Source: an uncultured delta proteobacterium
Lineage (GTDB): Bacteria; Desulfobacterota; Desulfobacteria; Desulfobacterales; JAFDCJ01
Reading direction: 5' to 3'
NCBI GenBank assembly: GCA_963769935.1
Contig: CAVYNY010000013.1
Location: 128,001-192,000 of the forward strand
DNA length: 64,000 nt
Part shown: positions 32,035 to 41,691 of the stretch, in pieces
How the letters are laid out: each line of letters begins with the position of its first letter
Position numbering within the stretch: position 1 is the stretch's first letter
Notes under the pieces: generated by a model
Seen by the model: the letters and a program-made list of their open reading frames with translations, nothing else
Databases searched by the model: none
What the model was told of the DNA's origin: nothing
Made by a program: the position numbers and the translations under genes

Positions 32035-32361
32035 TTATTCTATGTTTGCGCCGACAACAGCGGCCATTTGCAGCATGTTGATCGTCTGGCCCACCTTCAG
32101 GTTTGTAAGGTCGGTGAGCTTGCCTGATTTGCTTTTTGATTTTGTGTTTTTGAAGATCGGGAGCAAACGATCATCCGCCACAATGAACTTGCCTGCGTTC
32201 TCGGGCTTTCCATTTTCAGCCTTTGTCTGAAGCTTATTCGCTTTAATATAGTCCCATAGTTTTTTGTTTATCTCTGTCCTGGGAAGTTCGGTTGCACCCA
32301 GAAGCTCCGCCAGCTCCTTTTTCAGCTTTACCGGTTTCATCAATCCTTTTGCTTCTGCCAT
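32035..32361 (-). CDS. Stand-alone SWIB/MDM2-domain protein
   Basis: LMKPVKL..ELAELLG..PRTEINKKLWDYIKANKLQ, IVADDRL; RBS AAGGAG. Confidence 0.85.
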   Translation of the reverse strand: MAEAKGLMKPVKLKKELAELLGATELPRTEINKKLWDYIKANKLQTKAENGKPENAGKFIVADDRLLPIFKNTKSKSKSGKLTDLTNLKVGQTINMLQMAAVVGANIE

Positions 32362-32514
32362 TTTTAACTCCTTCATGTTTAGATTTAGTGGTTTATTTAT
32401 TGCATTTTTTAGGTCACATACGCCCCGGCTTACAGATGATGGTCAAAAAGTAGCTCCAATCCCTGTGCAGCCTGTTGTTATGAGCTTTTACACTCCTCAC
32501 GGCCAATCGCAAAT

Positions 32515-32718
32515 TCATTTATTGTCTGAGGTTTCCTTGCTTTTGTTCGGTGAAGGCTCGTCACTGCCGTACACCTCAACATAGGCGTTATGCGACATGC
32601 AACCTTTTTTCCAGTGATTCCTCACTTTCTTGCCGATAAAGGAATCTGGATATTTGCGCCCAATGTTGCAGCCAGGGCAGATATTGCTCCATCCCGCCAG
32701 CACTTTTTTCATTTCCAT
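32515..32718 (-). CDS. Small Cys/His-rich hypothetical protein
   Basis: RBS AAAGGA; CPGC...HW..GC.SH. Confidence 0.65.
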   Translation of the reverse strand: MEMKKVLAGWSNICPGCNIGRKYPDSFIGKKVRNHWKKGCMSHNAYVEVYGSDEPSPNKSKETSDNK

Positions 32719-33332
32719 TTTCGCATCCTTTCAGCAGGCGCACTCGCCTGCCGTAATTTTTGAACTGGGAAATTATAGCCGTTATGAGCACATTACATTG
32801 GCAAGATTCAAACACAAAATATCTTCATCCAATTAAAAAGCAGGACCATTTCTGACCCTGCCGGATTTTTGCCTCCAAAGGTGCCGTTATTCACAGAGAA
32901 GATGCACGCACACCCAAGAAGAGGCTTAAATGCCGCCCAAACATTCCTTTTTAAAATGTAACCTTTGGCGGCCATTAGCCAGCGCATGGTTTATTAGGGT
33001 TTATCGAAGTTGGGTGGCAATAATTATAATATAAGGTATGCACGAATAATGTAAAGTCAATAAAATACAGTGGATTTCCTAGTAAAGGCTAAAAGCTACT
33101 CCCACCTATCAGTGGCCTAATGTCTAACAATGACCCAAGATTTCATGATGTTTTAGACTAGGTTTCAAGTGTTGCGCCTTGCGCCGTGAACCCTTTGCCG
33201 TGCACCTTACCTTTCGCCCACTCAATCCGCAATCTGCAGTCGGATGATTCCCACTTCTGCATTCCACCTTCCGGATGTTTCTTTACTCTATGCGCTATGC
33301 GCTCTGCCCGATGCGCTTTATTCCACCTTCCA

Positions 33333-34160
33333 TCATCCTTGCTTATGCTCGTAGATATGCACGTCCCGCTGCGGGAACGGGATGCTGACGCCCTGGGCAT
33401 CAAACTGCTTTTTGACATTTTCGATGGTATCGAAGTAAAAAGACCAGTAATCAGCCGCCGAAGTCCAGGCGCGTACCGTGAGGTTGACGCTGCTGTCGGC
33501 CAGTTCTGAAACGACGATTGCCGGCTCCGGCTCTTTCATAACGCGCTCATCCTGATCGATAATCTCTTTGATAATGCCGCGGGCCTTGTCGATATCATCC
33601 CCATAGCTGATACCGAAAACAAAATCCACCCGGCGGGTTCCCTTGACGTTAAAATTCGTAATATTGTCCCCGGTTAGTTTGGCGTTCGGAATGATGATGG
33701 TTTTGTTATCCGGCGTTTTCAGCTGAGTCGTAAATATCTCAATCTTTTCGACGGTTCCGGCCACCCCCCCGCCCTCGATGAAATCTCCCACTTTAAATGG
33801 TTTGAAGATGATCATCAGCACACCGGCCGCAAAATTTCCCAGCGACCCCTGCAAGGCCAGGCCGATAGCGAGGCCGGCGGCGCCCACAACGGCAATAAAG
33901 GATGCGGTTTGAATACCCAGCTGATTTAAGGCGGCGATGACGACAAAAGCCAGCAGGCCGACATAACTCAAATGCCGGACAAATGACACCAGGGTCTCAT
34001 CCAACTTGCTCTTGAGCATGATGCGCTCGATGATCTTGGCCACCATTAGGGCCACCCAGCGCCCCAGGATAAAAATAACGATGGCGGCGATGACTCTTAA
34101 TCCATAAACAGTCAACAAGCCGTAAACGGTATTCAACAATTTGGAAAAATCCAAATCCAT
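33333..34160 (-). CDS. mscS: Small-conductance mechanosensitive channel
   Basis: GAAGLAIGLALQGSLGNFAAG, KPFKVGD, IPFPQRDV. Confidence 0.95.
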   Translation of the reverse strand: MDLDFSKLLNTVYGLLTVYGLRVIAAIVIFILGRWVALMVAKIIERIMLKSKLDETLVSFVRHLSYVGLLAFVVIAALNQLGIQTASFIAVVGAAGLAIGLALQGSLGNFAAGVLMIIFKPFKVGDFIEGGGVAGTVEKIEIFTTQLKTPDNKTIIIPNAKLTGDNITNFNVKGTRRVDFVFGISYGDDIDKARGIIKEIIDQDERVMKEPEPAIVVSELADSSVNLTVRAWTSAADYWSFYFDTIENVKKQFDAQGVSIPFPQRDVHIYEHKQG

Positions 34161-34474
34161 TTTTCAGCCTCCTTTGCTTAAATGTGTGACAGGTGATTTG
34201 CTTCTCATGATGAGATATCGACGAATTTTGAAAGGAACAGCCACCACTCCCAATCTGGCAGATATGTAATTACGTGAAAAATAAATCGCTTCTGAGGAAT
34301 TGCAAGCCATGGTTGAAATTATAATCAAAAACCGCGGCCGTCCATACCGGCATCAACGCAATGCCAATTCAATTTGATTTAAGTAATTTTTAATATTGCC
34401 GATATAAAGAATCAGGTAATCTAACTCGATACTGAATGGGCTATTTTTCAGGGCGGAGTAATTAAGGAAAAAAA

Positions 34475-35590
34475 ATGGGAACAGACCTAATCGGAATAAG
34501 CGCAAATATTGAAAAAATAAAGCAGCAAATTTTACAGGTTGCCCAAACCGGTCTTAACACGATAGTCTGCGGTGAAACCGGGGTCGGTAAAGAGCTTGTG
34601 GTTAAGATGCTGTTCGAACAATCGCCCCGGTTCGGCAAACCCTTTGTGAAAGTCAACTGTGCTGCCCTGCCGGATACGCTGCTGGAAAGCGAAATGTTCG
34701 GCTATGAACAGGGGGCCTTTACCGGGGCGGTTCGAAAGATGCGCGGTAAATTTGAACAGGCCAACGGGGGGCTGCTGTTTCTGGATGAAATCGGCGACAT
34801 GCCTTTTGCACTTCAGGCCAAACTTCTGCACGCTCTGCAGGACGGTGAATTCACCCCGCTGGGCTCTGAAAATATCTTTCGCAGCAATGTGTGGATTATC
34901 GCTGCGACCAACCACGATCTACAAAAGGACCTCAAGGAAGAAAATTTCCGCGCCGATCTTTATTACCGAATAAATGAGACGACCATTTTTATCGAGCCGC
35001 TGCGCAATCGACCGGAGGATATCCCATTTCTAATCAAATACTATGCCGACAAGTACGTCATGCAATTCAACAAAAAGCAGCCGGGCGCCATCAGCTGCGA
35101 AATAATTGACCGCCTTTGCCGATACAACTGGCCGGGCAATGTTCGGGAACTTCAGAATGTGCTCCGAAGGCTCATTCTGCTCAATGAAGACGCAGAGGCC
35201 TTCGAATCGATGCTCGGCGGCAACGTCAATGGCAACCGAAATGGGCGCACGCCTGTCCACGGTGAGCCGGAACCTCACTGGATTAATTTTTTGGGGCTCA
35301 ACGGTGAAGAGCCTAAACTAAAATCCTTGTCTTTGAAAGAGATCGGCAAAAAAACATCGGACTTTGTTGAAAAACAGGTGATTTCTTATGTTCTTGACCG
35401 GACCGGCTGGAACCGCAGCAGAGCCAATAAAATCCTGGGCATCAGCTATAAGACCCTGCTGTCCAAAATTCAAGACCTGGAACTGAAACCCGAACACCCG
35501 CTTAATGACCCATCGATTTTAGATCCAGCCCCCTTAACGGCGGATAAAGCCGGTCTGAAGCACAGTCCCAGGATGTCATCGGTTTGGTGA
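34475..35590 (+). CDS. Sigma-54 enhancer-binding protein lacking an N-terminal sensory domain
   Basis: GETGVGKE, GAFTGA, LFLDEIG, WPGNVRELQN, C-terminal Fis HTH. Confidence 0.92.
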   Translation: MGTDLIGISANIEKIKQQILQVAQTGLNTIVCGETGVGKELVVKMLFEQSPRFGKPFVKVNCAALPDTLLESEMFGYEQGAFTGAVRKMRGKFEQANGGLLFLDEIGDMPFALQAKLLHALQDGEFTPLGSENIFRSNVWIIAATNHDLQKDLKEENFRADLYYRINETTIFIEPLRNRPEDIPFLIKYYADKYVMQFNKKQPGAISCEIIDRLCRYNWPGNVRELQNVLRRLILLNEDAEAFESMLGGNVNGNRNGRTPVHGEPEPHWINFLGLNGEEPKLKSLSLKEIGKKTSDFVEKQVISYVLDRTGWNRSRANKILGISYKTLLSKIQDLELKPEHPLNDPSILDPAPLTADKAGLKHSPRMSSVW

Positions 35591-35794
35591 CATCGGACTC
35601 GGTCCTAAACAGAATGTAATTAATCCACCGGATCATCAATGAACAATTTTCTTCAATTTTCAAAGAAAAATATGCGCAGCATAAAGTAATCAAGCCGCCG
35701 GGGCTTCGATCAAACACATTTCTTCGGTCTTCCGAGAACCAAATCCAACACTGACACTGAATCGCCTATTAACGCTGCTTTGTCATATTACGGA

Positions 35795-36619
35795 TTATTT
35801 ATATGTTTCAGCCGCTGCAAACCCGTGCCGCCGGGCGAGTCTTTCGAACATTTGGGCAAGCCCGGTCCCTAGATTGAAAACGGAGCCGATAGAAAGATTC
35901 TCGTCGGCGGTGTCGTCGAAAAAAACATTAAGAGTAGACGCCAGGCCGTCTTCCGGCAGCCGGTAGCATATCATCATCGGCACTCTGGGCAGGGGATTAA
36001 GAACCACGGAAATATCGGATTCGAACTGTCTTGCCACCTGCTTGCCGCCGAAAATTCGAACCAGGTCGTCAAAAAGTTCGGTATAGGCATCTGCAATCCG
36101 CTTCATTGGCGCTTCACATCGTTTCTGAAAAAGCGGGTAGCGCTCTTGGCCCTCTCTTAGCTCCCGGAACGACATCCAGTGGCCCGACGGCGTCAGCCCT
36201 TTACCGTTAACGATGTAATCAAGAAAGGGAATGGCCACCCAGGGATTGATATGGATGTCTGCGGCCAGGTGGCCCTTGGTATCAACACTGAAGTTCCTGC
36301 CAAGTATCTTGAGGGTCAGCCTTTCGCCCGAGTATTGACCCCCGACTCTCCCGGCGGCCGCCTCAAGGTCAAGACCGGCGATCGCTTTTCTCATCGTTTT
36401 CAGATATTCATCCCGGTTCTGTTCGGCGCTGCGTTTATTTTGCGGTCCGCCTGAAAACCGGTCGATGATGGCCTGCGCCAGTTTCGGGCAGCGATCGATC
36501 TTTTTTTGATCTTTGAAAACCGCGCCGGCAAATGCCAGGCAGGTCTTTTCTCCGCATTCCCGGCAATTGGATTTGTCGAGCAGCAAAAAAATTTCCATGG
36601 CGTTTTTGGGATGCGGCAT
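35795..36619 (-). CDS. Fe-S-binding N-terminal domain + DUF3786-like protein
   Basis: SNCRECGEKTCLAFA..CP; LPRVPMMICY..PEDG. Confidence 0.8.
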   Translation of the reverse strand: MPHPKNAMEIFLLLDKSNCRECGEKTCLAFAGAVFKDQKKIDRCPKLAQAIIDRFSGGPQNKRSAEQNRDEYLKTMRKAIAGLDLEAAAGRVGGQYSGERLTLKILGRNFSVDTKGHLAADIHINPWVAIPFLDYIVNGKGLTPSGHWMSFRELREGQERYPLFQKRCEAPMKRIADAYTELFDDLVRIFGGKQVARQFESDISVVLNPLPRVPMMICYRLPEDGLASTLNVFFDDTADENLSIGSVFNLGTGLAQMFERLARRHGFAAAETYK

Positions 36620-36895
36620 AGAAAAACTTCCCCTTTATTCTTACATTAAAAACCTGGTTCCTTAGCCCAGGTCAGAAAAAATTGGCTGTGCATCATAAGA
36701 TTGTCGTGGAAAGATGAAATATTGGAACGTTGGAATACTGGATTTGGCGGACTGAGATCTATTTTTCTTTAGATGGCAGTGAGCAGCAAATAAAATCAGG
36801 AAATCATCCGCTTTCCACCCCAATATTCCATTATTCCACCATTCCATTCCTGTTATTTTTCATTTTTATTACCCCCCCATGGAGGATCGGATATC

Positions 36896-36954
36896 AAAAA
36901 AAGAGGTGCCCGGTCAAATCAAAAACGAAATTAACCGGGCACCTGATTTTTTTT
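36896..36954. terminator. Likely terminator hairpin downstream of the PA2779-like gene
   Basis: AGGTGCCCGG...CCGGGCACCT flanked by A and T runs. Confidence 0.6.
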
Positions 36955-37046
36955 ACATTATTATTGGGCCGATGGCCTAGTGCCGCCGTTGCCGGGCGTT
37001 TGGATATTTTGCAGGGCGCAGAGAGCGTTATCTCTCAAATCAGCTG

Positions 37047-37421
37047 CTACATTAGTCTTATGATCACCAGCACTAAAATGACGATGACCAAAACAACAAT
37101 GGCCAATCCCAAGATATCCCCCCCGGCGGGCAGTTGATTAATCTGGTCCGCGAGTTGGATAACTTCGGCATCCGTTAGACTGTTAAGCCGGGCGTCCGCC
37201 TCAGCGGGAGCAACGCCCTGGGCCACGATCGCAGACCTCACATCTTCGCGTGCCATGAATTGCCTTAAAGTTTCACGAGCCTCATGGCTGCGGCTCATGT
37301 CCAGCATTGACTCTGTTCCAACCAGCGCAGCGACAGCCGGTTGATAAGGGACCGACAACAGAAGCGTTAAAATTGTCATGAAAATAGCGACTGGTTGGGC
37401 TTTCCTTCTAATTGGATGCAT
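37047..37421 (-). CDS. PA2779-family exported protein
   Basis: Signal peptide; RLNSLTDAEV..LADQINQLPAGGD + C-terminal TM; RBS AGGAGG. Confidence 0.8.
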   Translation of the reverse strand: MHPIRRKAQPVAIFMTILTLLLSVPYQPAVAALVGTESMLDMSRSHEARETLRQFMAREDVRSAIVAQGVAPAEADARLNSLTDAEVIQLADQINQLPAGGDILGLAIVVLVIVILVLVIIRLM

Positions 37422-37707
37422 GCTCTTCCTCCTAAGTAATCCGCCCTGAAAAATCGCACTTTCAAGGCTATTTGGGGTTCTTTGAAAAGGAAACATCGCC
37501 GGTATTAACAAACAGCGACCAAAATCAGCTAAAAAAAGGGCGATGAAACCGTCTTCGAGCCGGACGTTTTTCCACGTTCCGGCAGGGTTTTCACCGCATA
37601 TTTTTACTTATAATCAGAACATAAATTTTGCTAAATTTCAACAAAACTTTTTTATCTAGTTGAATTTAAAAGGAAAGCCTTTAAGATTGAGGAGGCTGCA
37701 GCGAAGG

Positions 37708-38181
37708 TTATTTAAGAAATTCGCGAATTTTTTTGTCCAAATATGCCACCGGAGGTTTTCCGCGCAACCGTTCAGTAATCTTTCCCTGTTTAATAAACAG
37801 CAGCATCGGTATGGCGTTGAGGTTATACTTGGGTATGGCCTTTTCGCCATACCAGTATATAGGGAAATCAATTCTCAGTTGATTTACAATAGGCTGCATA
37901 GCCTCCGGCCCTTCCAGGTCGATGCTGACACCGATTAAATCGAAACCCTGGTTTTTATATTTGTTATGGAGCCTGTTTAAATCCGGCAGTTCCTGAATGC
38001 AGGGTCGGCACCAGGAAGCCATGAAAACAATCACAATTCGATTGTCGCCGGCCCCAATTATCTCATCCAAGGCCGCTTCTTCAATTTTCCTGATGGTGAC
38101 GTTCGTTTCAGCATGAACGGAAAAGGGAGTGAAAAAGACAATCTGCAAAACAGCCATGGCATAAAAAAATGAATATCGCAT
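37708..38181 (-). CDS. Exported TlpA-like thioredoxin
   Basis: Signal peptide; FMASWCRPCIQELP, AIP cis-Pro loop. Confidence 0.88.
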   Translation of the reverse strand: MRYSFFYAMAVLQIVFFTPFSVHAETNVTIRKIEEAALDEIIGAGDNRIVIVFMASWCRPCIQELPDLNRLHNKYKNQGFDLIGVSIDLEGPEAMQPIVNQLRIDFPIYWYGEKAIPKYNLNAIPMLLFIKQGKITERLRGKPPVAYLDKKIREFLK

Positions 38182-38210
38182 ATGATTTTAGTCTTTTAGA
38201 ATATGAGTTT

Positions 38211-38311
38211 GCCACGAATGGACACGGATAACCACGAATTATGGGAATAGGCAAAAGCAGGGTCATTTATACCGAAAAATAAATTCGTGAAAATTCGTGT
38301 TAATTTGTGGC
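38211..38311. repeat. Inverted-repeat element (CCACGAAT.../...ATTCGTG)
   Basis: gccacgaatggacacggataaccacgaatt ... aattcgtgaaaattcgtgttaatttgtggc. Confidence 0.7.
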
Positions 38312-38417
38312 TTTTTCAAACAGCTAAAATGTTACAAAACCGCTAATTTAACTCTAAGCCCTATGCGGCCTGCTCTATGCGCATTGCCTCGCACCCCGCC
38401 CCCCGCAACCCGTAACC

Positions 38418-39017
38418 CTATTTGTTCATCTGCTCCAGGGCCGTCGCACAGTACTCCAAGTCGGGCCGCTTATTAATATCATTGACCTGAATATCTCGGA
38501 TAACACCTTTTTTATCAATGAAAAACAGGGCTCTTTCAGAAACACCATCGGATCGCAAAACGCCGTAGCGGGATGCCACCTGCCCATGCGGCCAGAAATC
38601 CGACAACACCGGAAACCATAGCTTGCCCATCTGACGGGTCCAGGCATACAGCGTTGGAATGTTGTCGACTGTTATGCCGAGCAGAACGGCATCGTTCCTA
38701 TCGAACATATCTTTGACGATGTTGTATCCCGGCCATTGATCGGAGCAAACCGGCGTCCAGGCGGCCGGTACAAATGAAATCACCACATTTTTCTTTCCGC
38801 GATACCGGCTTAAGGCAATTTTCTGCCCGGAAACAGAAGGCAGTTCAAAGTCGGGCGCCGCATCGCCGATTTTAACCTTCAATTTGCTGTCAATGGGTTT
38901 AAGCGGCCCCGGGTTATAGATATTGTCCTTAAAAGCGGCCGATGCACCCCATGCCGGCGTAAACGGTAAGGTCGCCATCAGGCCCGCAAAGATAAATAAA
39001 ACGATTGATGTTTTCAT
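38418..39017 (-). CDS. Exported peroxiredoxin (AhpE/AhpC-like)
   Basis: Signal peptide; PAAWTPVC (PxxxTxxC), LSDFWPHG, SERALF. Confidence 0.88.
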   Translation of the reverse strand: MKTSIVLFIFAGLMATLPFTPAWGASAAFKDNIYNPGPLKPIDSKLKVKIGDAAPDFELPSVSGQKIALSRYRGKKNVVISFVPAAWTPVCSDQWPGYNIVKDMFDRNDAVLLGITVDNIPTLYAWTRQMGKLWFPVLSDFWPHGQVASRYGVLRSDGVSERALFFIDKKGVIRDIQVNDINKRPDLEYCATALEQMNK

Positions 39018-39128
39018 GGATCACCTCCATATCCGGACAAGCCGGAATTGAATATTGAAAATTGAATATCTAATATTTATTGATAGAATTCCTTAAGTCA
39101 TCAATCTTCAATCATCAATAGTCAATCA

Positions 39129-39707
39129 CTACAGCCCCGAACCCGCCAACAGCATCTTCATCAATTCATCGGCACTATTGGCACCGCCGAGTTTCGAATA
39201 GTAGATTTTATAGGCGCCTTCGCCCAAGATCCGAATTCCGATATAATACGGAGTCCTCACCTCTCCCAGTTTTTTATGGATTTCAAAATCACCATCCGGA
39301 AAGAGCGGAAACGGAATATTGTATACTTTTTTAAAGTAGCCGACTTCAAAAGCTGAATTGCCGGCGCCGATGCCGATGAGTTTGACTTTGCCTTTGAGCC
39401 GCTCGCTGCTTTCGATCCGGCGATACATTTCATTGACAGAAGGAGCCTCCTTCTGGCAGAAGGGTCAGTACATGCTGAAAATTTCGATGAGCACGACCTC
39501 GGCTTTGATCTCGGGGATGGTAAAGGTTTCTTGGCCGCCGATCCCCAGATATTGCCGCAGTTCGATGTCCTGGGGTGCAGGAAGAATAATTTCAGGCAGC
39601 TTGCCCCCTGCCGCCGGAGGTTGCGAAGCCGAGTCGGCCAATCCGGCGAAGGCGAATAAAAAAAGGCAGGCTGCCATGCCCAACACCATCTTTGAATACA
39701 ATTTCAT
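39129..39707 (-). CDS. Exported thioredoxin-fold redoxin selenoprotein (U81-P-F-C84), 192 aa
   Basis: EIFSMY-UGA(39467-39465)[16 protein letters not shown] in frame, joining track ORFs 39465..39707 and 39129..39428; signal peptide; RTP cis-Pro loop. Confidence 0.9.
39437..39455 (-). promoter_or_regulatory. SECIS hairpin of the redoxin gene
   Basis: CAGAAGGA-GGC-TCCTTCTG perfect 8-bp stem; loop 17 nt after the UGA. Confidence 0.75.
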
Positions 39708-40107
39708 TGGATTCGGATCTCCTTAATTTTAATTGGAACCTATGCCTCCACCGGGAAAAATTAAGGTGGTGAAAAGGTCACATGATCGTAAGCGGCCGGT
39801 GTTCATAAATATAGGGCGCTATCCACTGCGGGTCAAATAATTTGAAGCGCTGCGAATTAATTTGTGCTTCGACAGGATACCTTAATTATTCCGCCCGGGC
39901 AACATCAAGTATCTGCATCCGTTTCGATTGAACGACTCTGTTTTATCCAAAGCTGGTACCGCTATTTTTCGAGACGGAGTAATTAAATCCTTAAAAAATT
40001 TCTTTTAAACGGCGAAATACTCTGGTAAGGTGCGTCACGTTTTGTCCGAATCCAGGCTGTAAAAGGTCATTCGAAATGGAATAATCAAAGGCTGAGGGAG
40101 CGACTCC

Positions 40108-41673
40108 ATGGCACGGATGAGAATTTCTGCGACGGTTTTTGGGTTGGCAATTCTGGTATTTTCCATAGCGGTTTTCGCCTCCGACAAGACGCCTACCGAG
40201 CAGTCGGCAATAATGCCGGCGGCAACCGATCATCAGAGTGAAACTGCCCCGCCCGATTCAGCACTCCACGGCAACGAGAGCACGGCCGAAGGCCATGGCC
40301 CATCCGGCGAGGGCCAAGCAGCGGGCCATGCGGATCTGGGAGAAATTCTTCCCTTGTGGAGCTGCATTCCATTTGCCGGCATGCTTCTTTCCATTGCCCT
40401 CTGCCCGCTCTTAATGCCGAATTTCTGGCACCATCACTTCGGCAAGGTTTCCGCATTCTGGGCGGCCGCGATCGGTATACCGTTTTTAATCGCTTTCAAA
40501 GGCGACGCCCTCCATGAGATTCTCCACATAATACTGGCGGATTACGTTCCTTTTATAATCCTGTTATGGTCACTTTACACTGTCTCCGGAGGCATTCTGC
40601 TGCGCGGTGCACTGCGCGGCACGCCCGTCGTAAATTTGTGCATTCTGATCATCGGGACAATTCTGGCTTCCTGGATGGGCACCACCGGTGCCGCCATGCT
40701 TCTGATCCGGCCTTTTCTGCGGGCCAACAATTATCGCAAAAACAGAACCTTCATGGTGGTTTTTTTCATCTTTCTGGTGGCCAATGTCGGCGGATCGTTG
40801 ACTCCGCTGGGCGACCCGCCGCTTTTTTTAGGATTTTTGCACGGGGTGTCATTCTTCTGGACCTTGAATATCCTGCCCCTGATGCTGACGGTTGTGGTTA
40901 TTCTTTTGGTGATTTATTTTATTATTGATACTTACTATTACCGCAAGGAAGGTGTTTCGGCTCCCGAGGAGAACGGAGTCAAGGAGCCTTTGAAATTGGA
41001 TGGAGTATACAACTTTATTTTTCTGGCGGGTATTGTGGGTGCCGTTCTGATGAGCGGCATGGTAGACTGGGGCCATTTCAACACTTTCGGCGTACTCCGT
41101 GCCGGCCAGGATTGGGTTCGTGACGGGCTGCTGATTTTTATGGGAATCCTGTCATTGCTGTTCACTCCGGTCAGATTGAGAGAAGACAACGACTTTACCT
41201 GGTTTCCCATCCTCGAAGTAGCCTATCTTTTCGTCGGGATTTTCATCACCATGCTCCCTTGTCTGCTGATTCTCAAGGCCGGACCGAATGGGGAGCTGGC
41301 GTTTTTGATCAACAACGTAACCCGGCCCGCCCATTATTATTGGGTAACCGGCGCCCTATCCAGTTTTCTCGACAATGCACCGACTTATCTTACATTTTTT
41401 AACAGTGCCTTGGGCAGTTTTTATTCCGGATTACCGGAAGTCCAATCCGTCCCGCGGTTGATGGCAGAAAATGCCGCCTATCTCAAGGCGGTTTCCGCCG
41501 GGGCCGTTTTCTTCGGGGCCTGCAGCTATATCGGAAATGCCCCGAATTTTATGGTGCGCTCCATTTCCGAAGAGGCCGGAACACCCATGCCGAGCTTTTT
41601 CGGCTACATCCTGAAGTACTCATTATTATTTTTAATCCCAACCTTTGTGGTGGTTACCCTTATCTTTTTTTAA
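40108..41673 (+). CDS. Ion-transporter superfamily protein, putative Na+/H+ antiporter, with His-rich N-terminal extension
   Basis: Many TM segments; GGSLTPLGDPPLFLGF, SSFLDNAPTY, YIGNAPNFMV. Confidence 0.8.
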   Translation: MARMRISATVFGLAILVFSIAVFASDKTPTEQSAIMPAATDHQSETAPPDSALHGNESTAEGHGPSGEGQAAGHADLGEILPLWSCIPFAGMLLSIALCPLLMPNFWHHHFGKVSAFWAAAIGIPFLIAFKGDALHEILHIILADYVPFIILLWSLYTVSGGILLRGALRGTPVVNLCILIIGTILASWMGTTGAAMLLIRPFLRANNYRKNRTFMVVFFIFLVANVGGSLTPLGDPPLFLGFLHGVSFFWTLNILPLMLTVVVILLVIYFIIDTYYYRKEGVSAPEENGVKEPLKLDGVYNFIFLAGIVGAVLMSGMVDWGHFNTFGVLRAGQDWVRDGLLIFMGILSLLFTPVRLREDNDFTWFPILEVAYLFVGIFITMLPCLLILKAGPNGELAFLINNVTRPAHYYWVTGALSSFLDNAPTYLTFFNSALGSFYSGLPEVQSVPRLMAENAAYLKAVSAGAVFFGACSYIGNAPNFMVRSISEEAGTPMPSFFGYILKYSLLFLIPTFVVVTLIFF

Positions 41674-41691
41674 ATCGAAAGGGATCGATCG

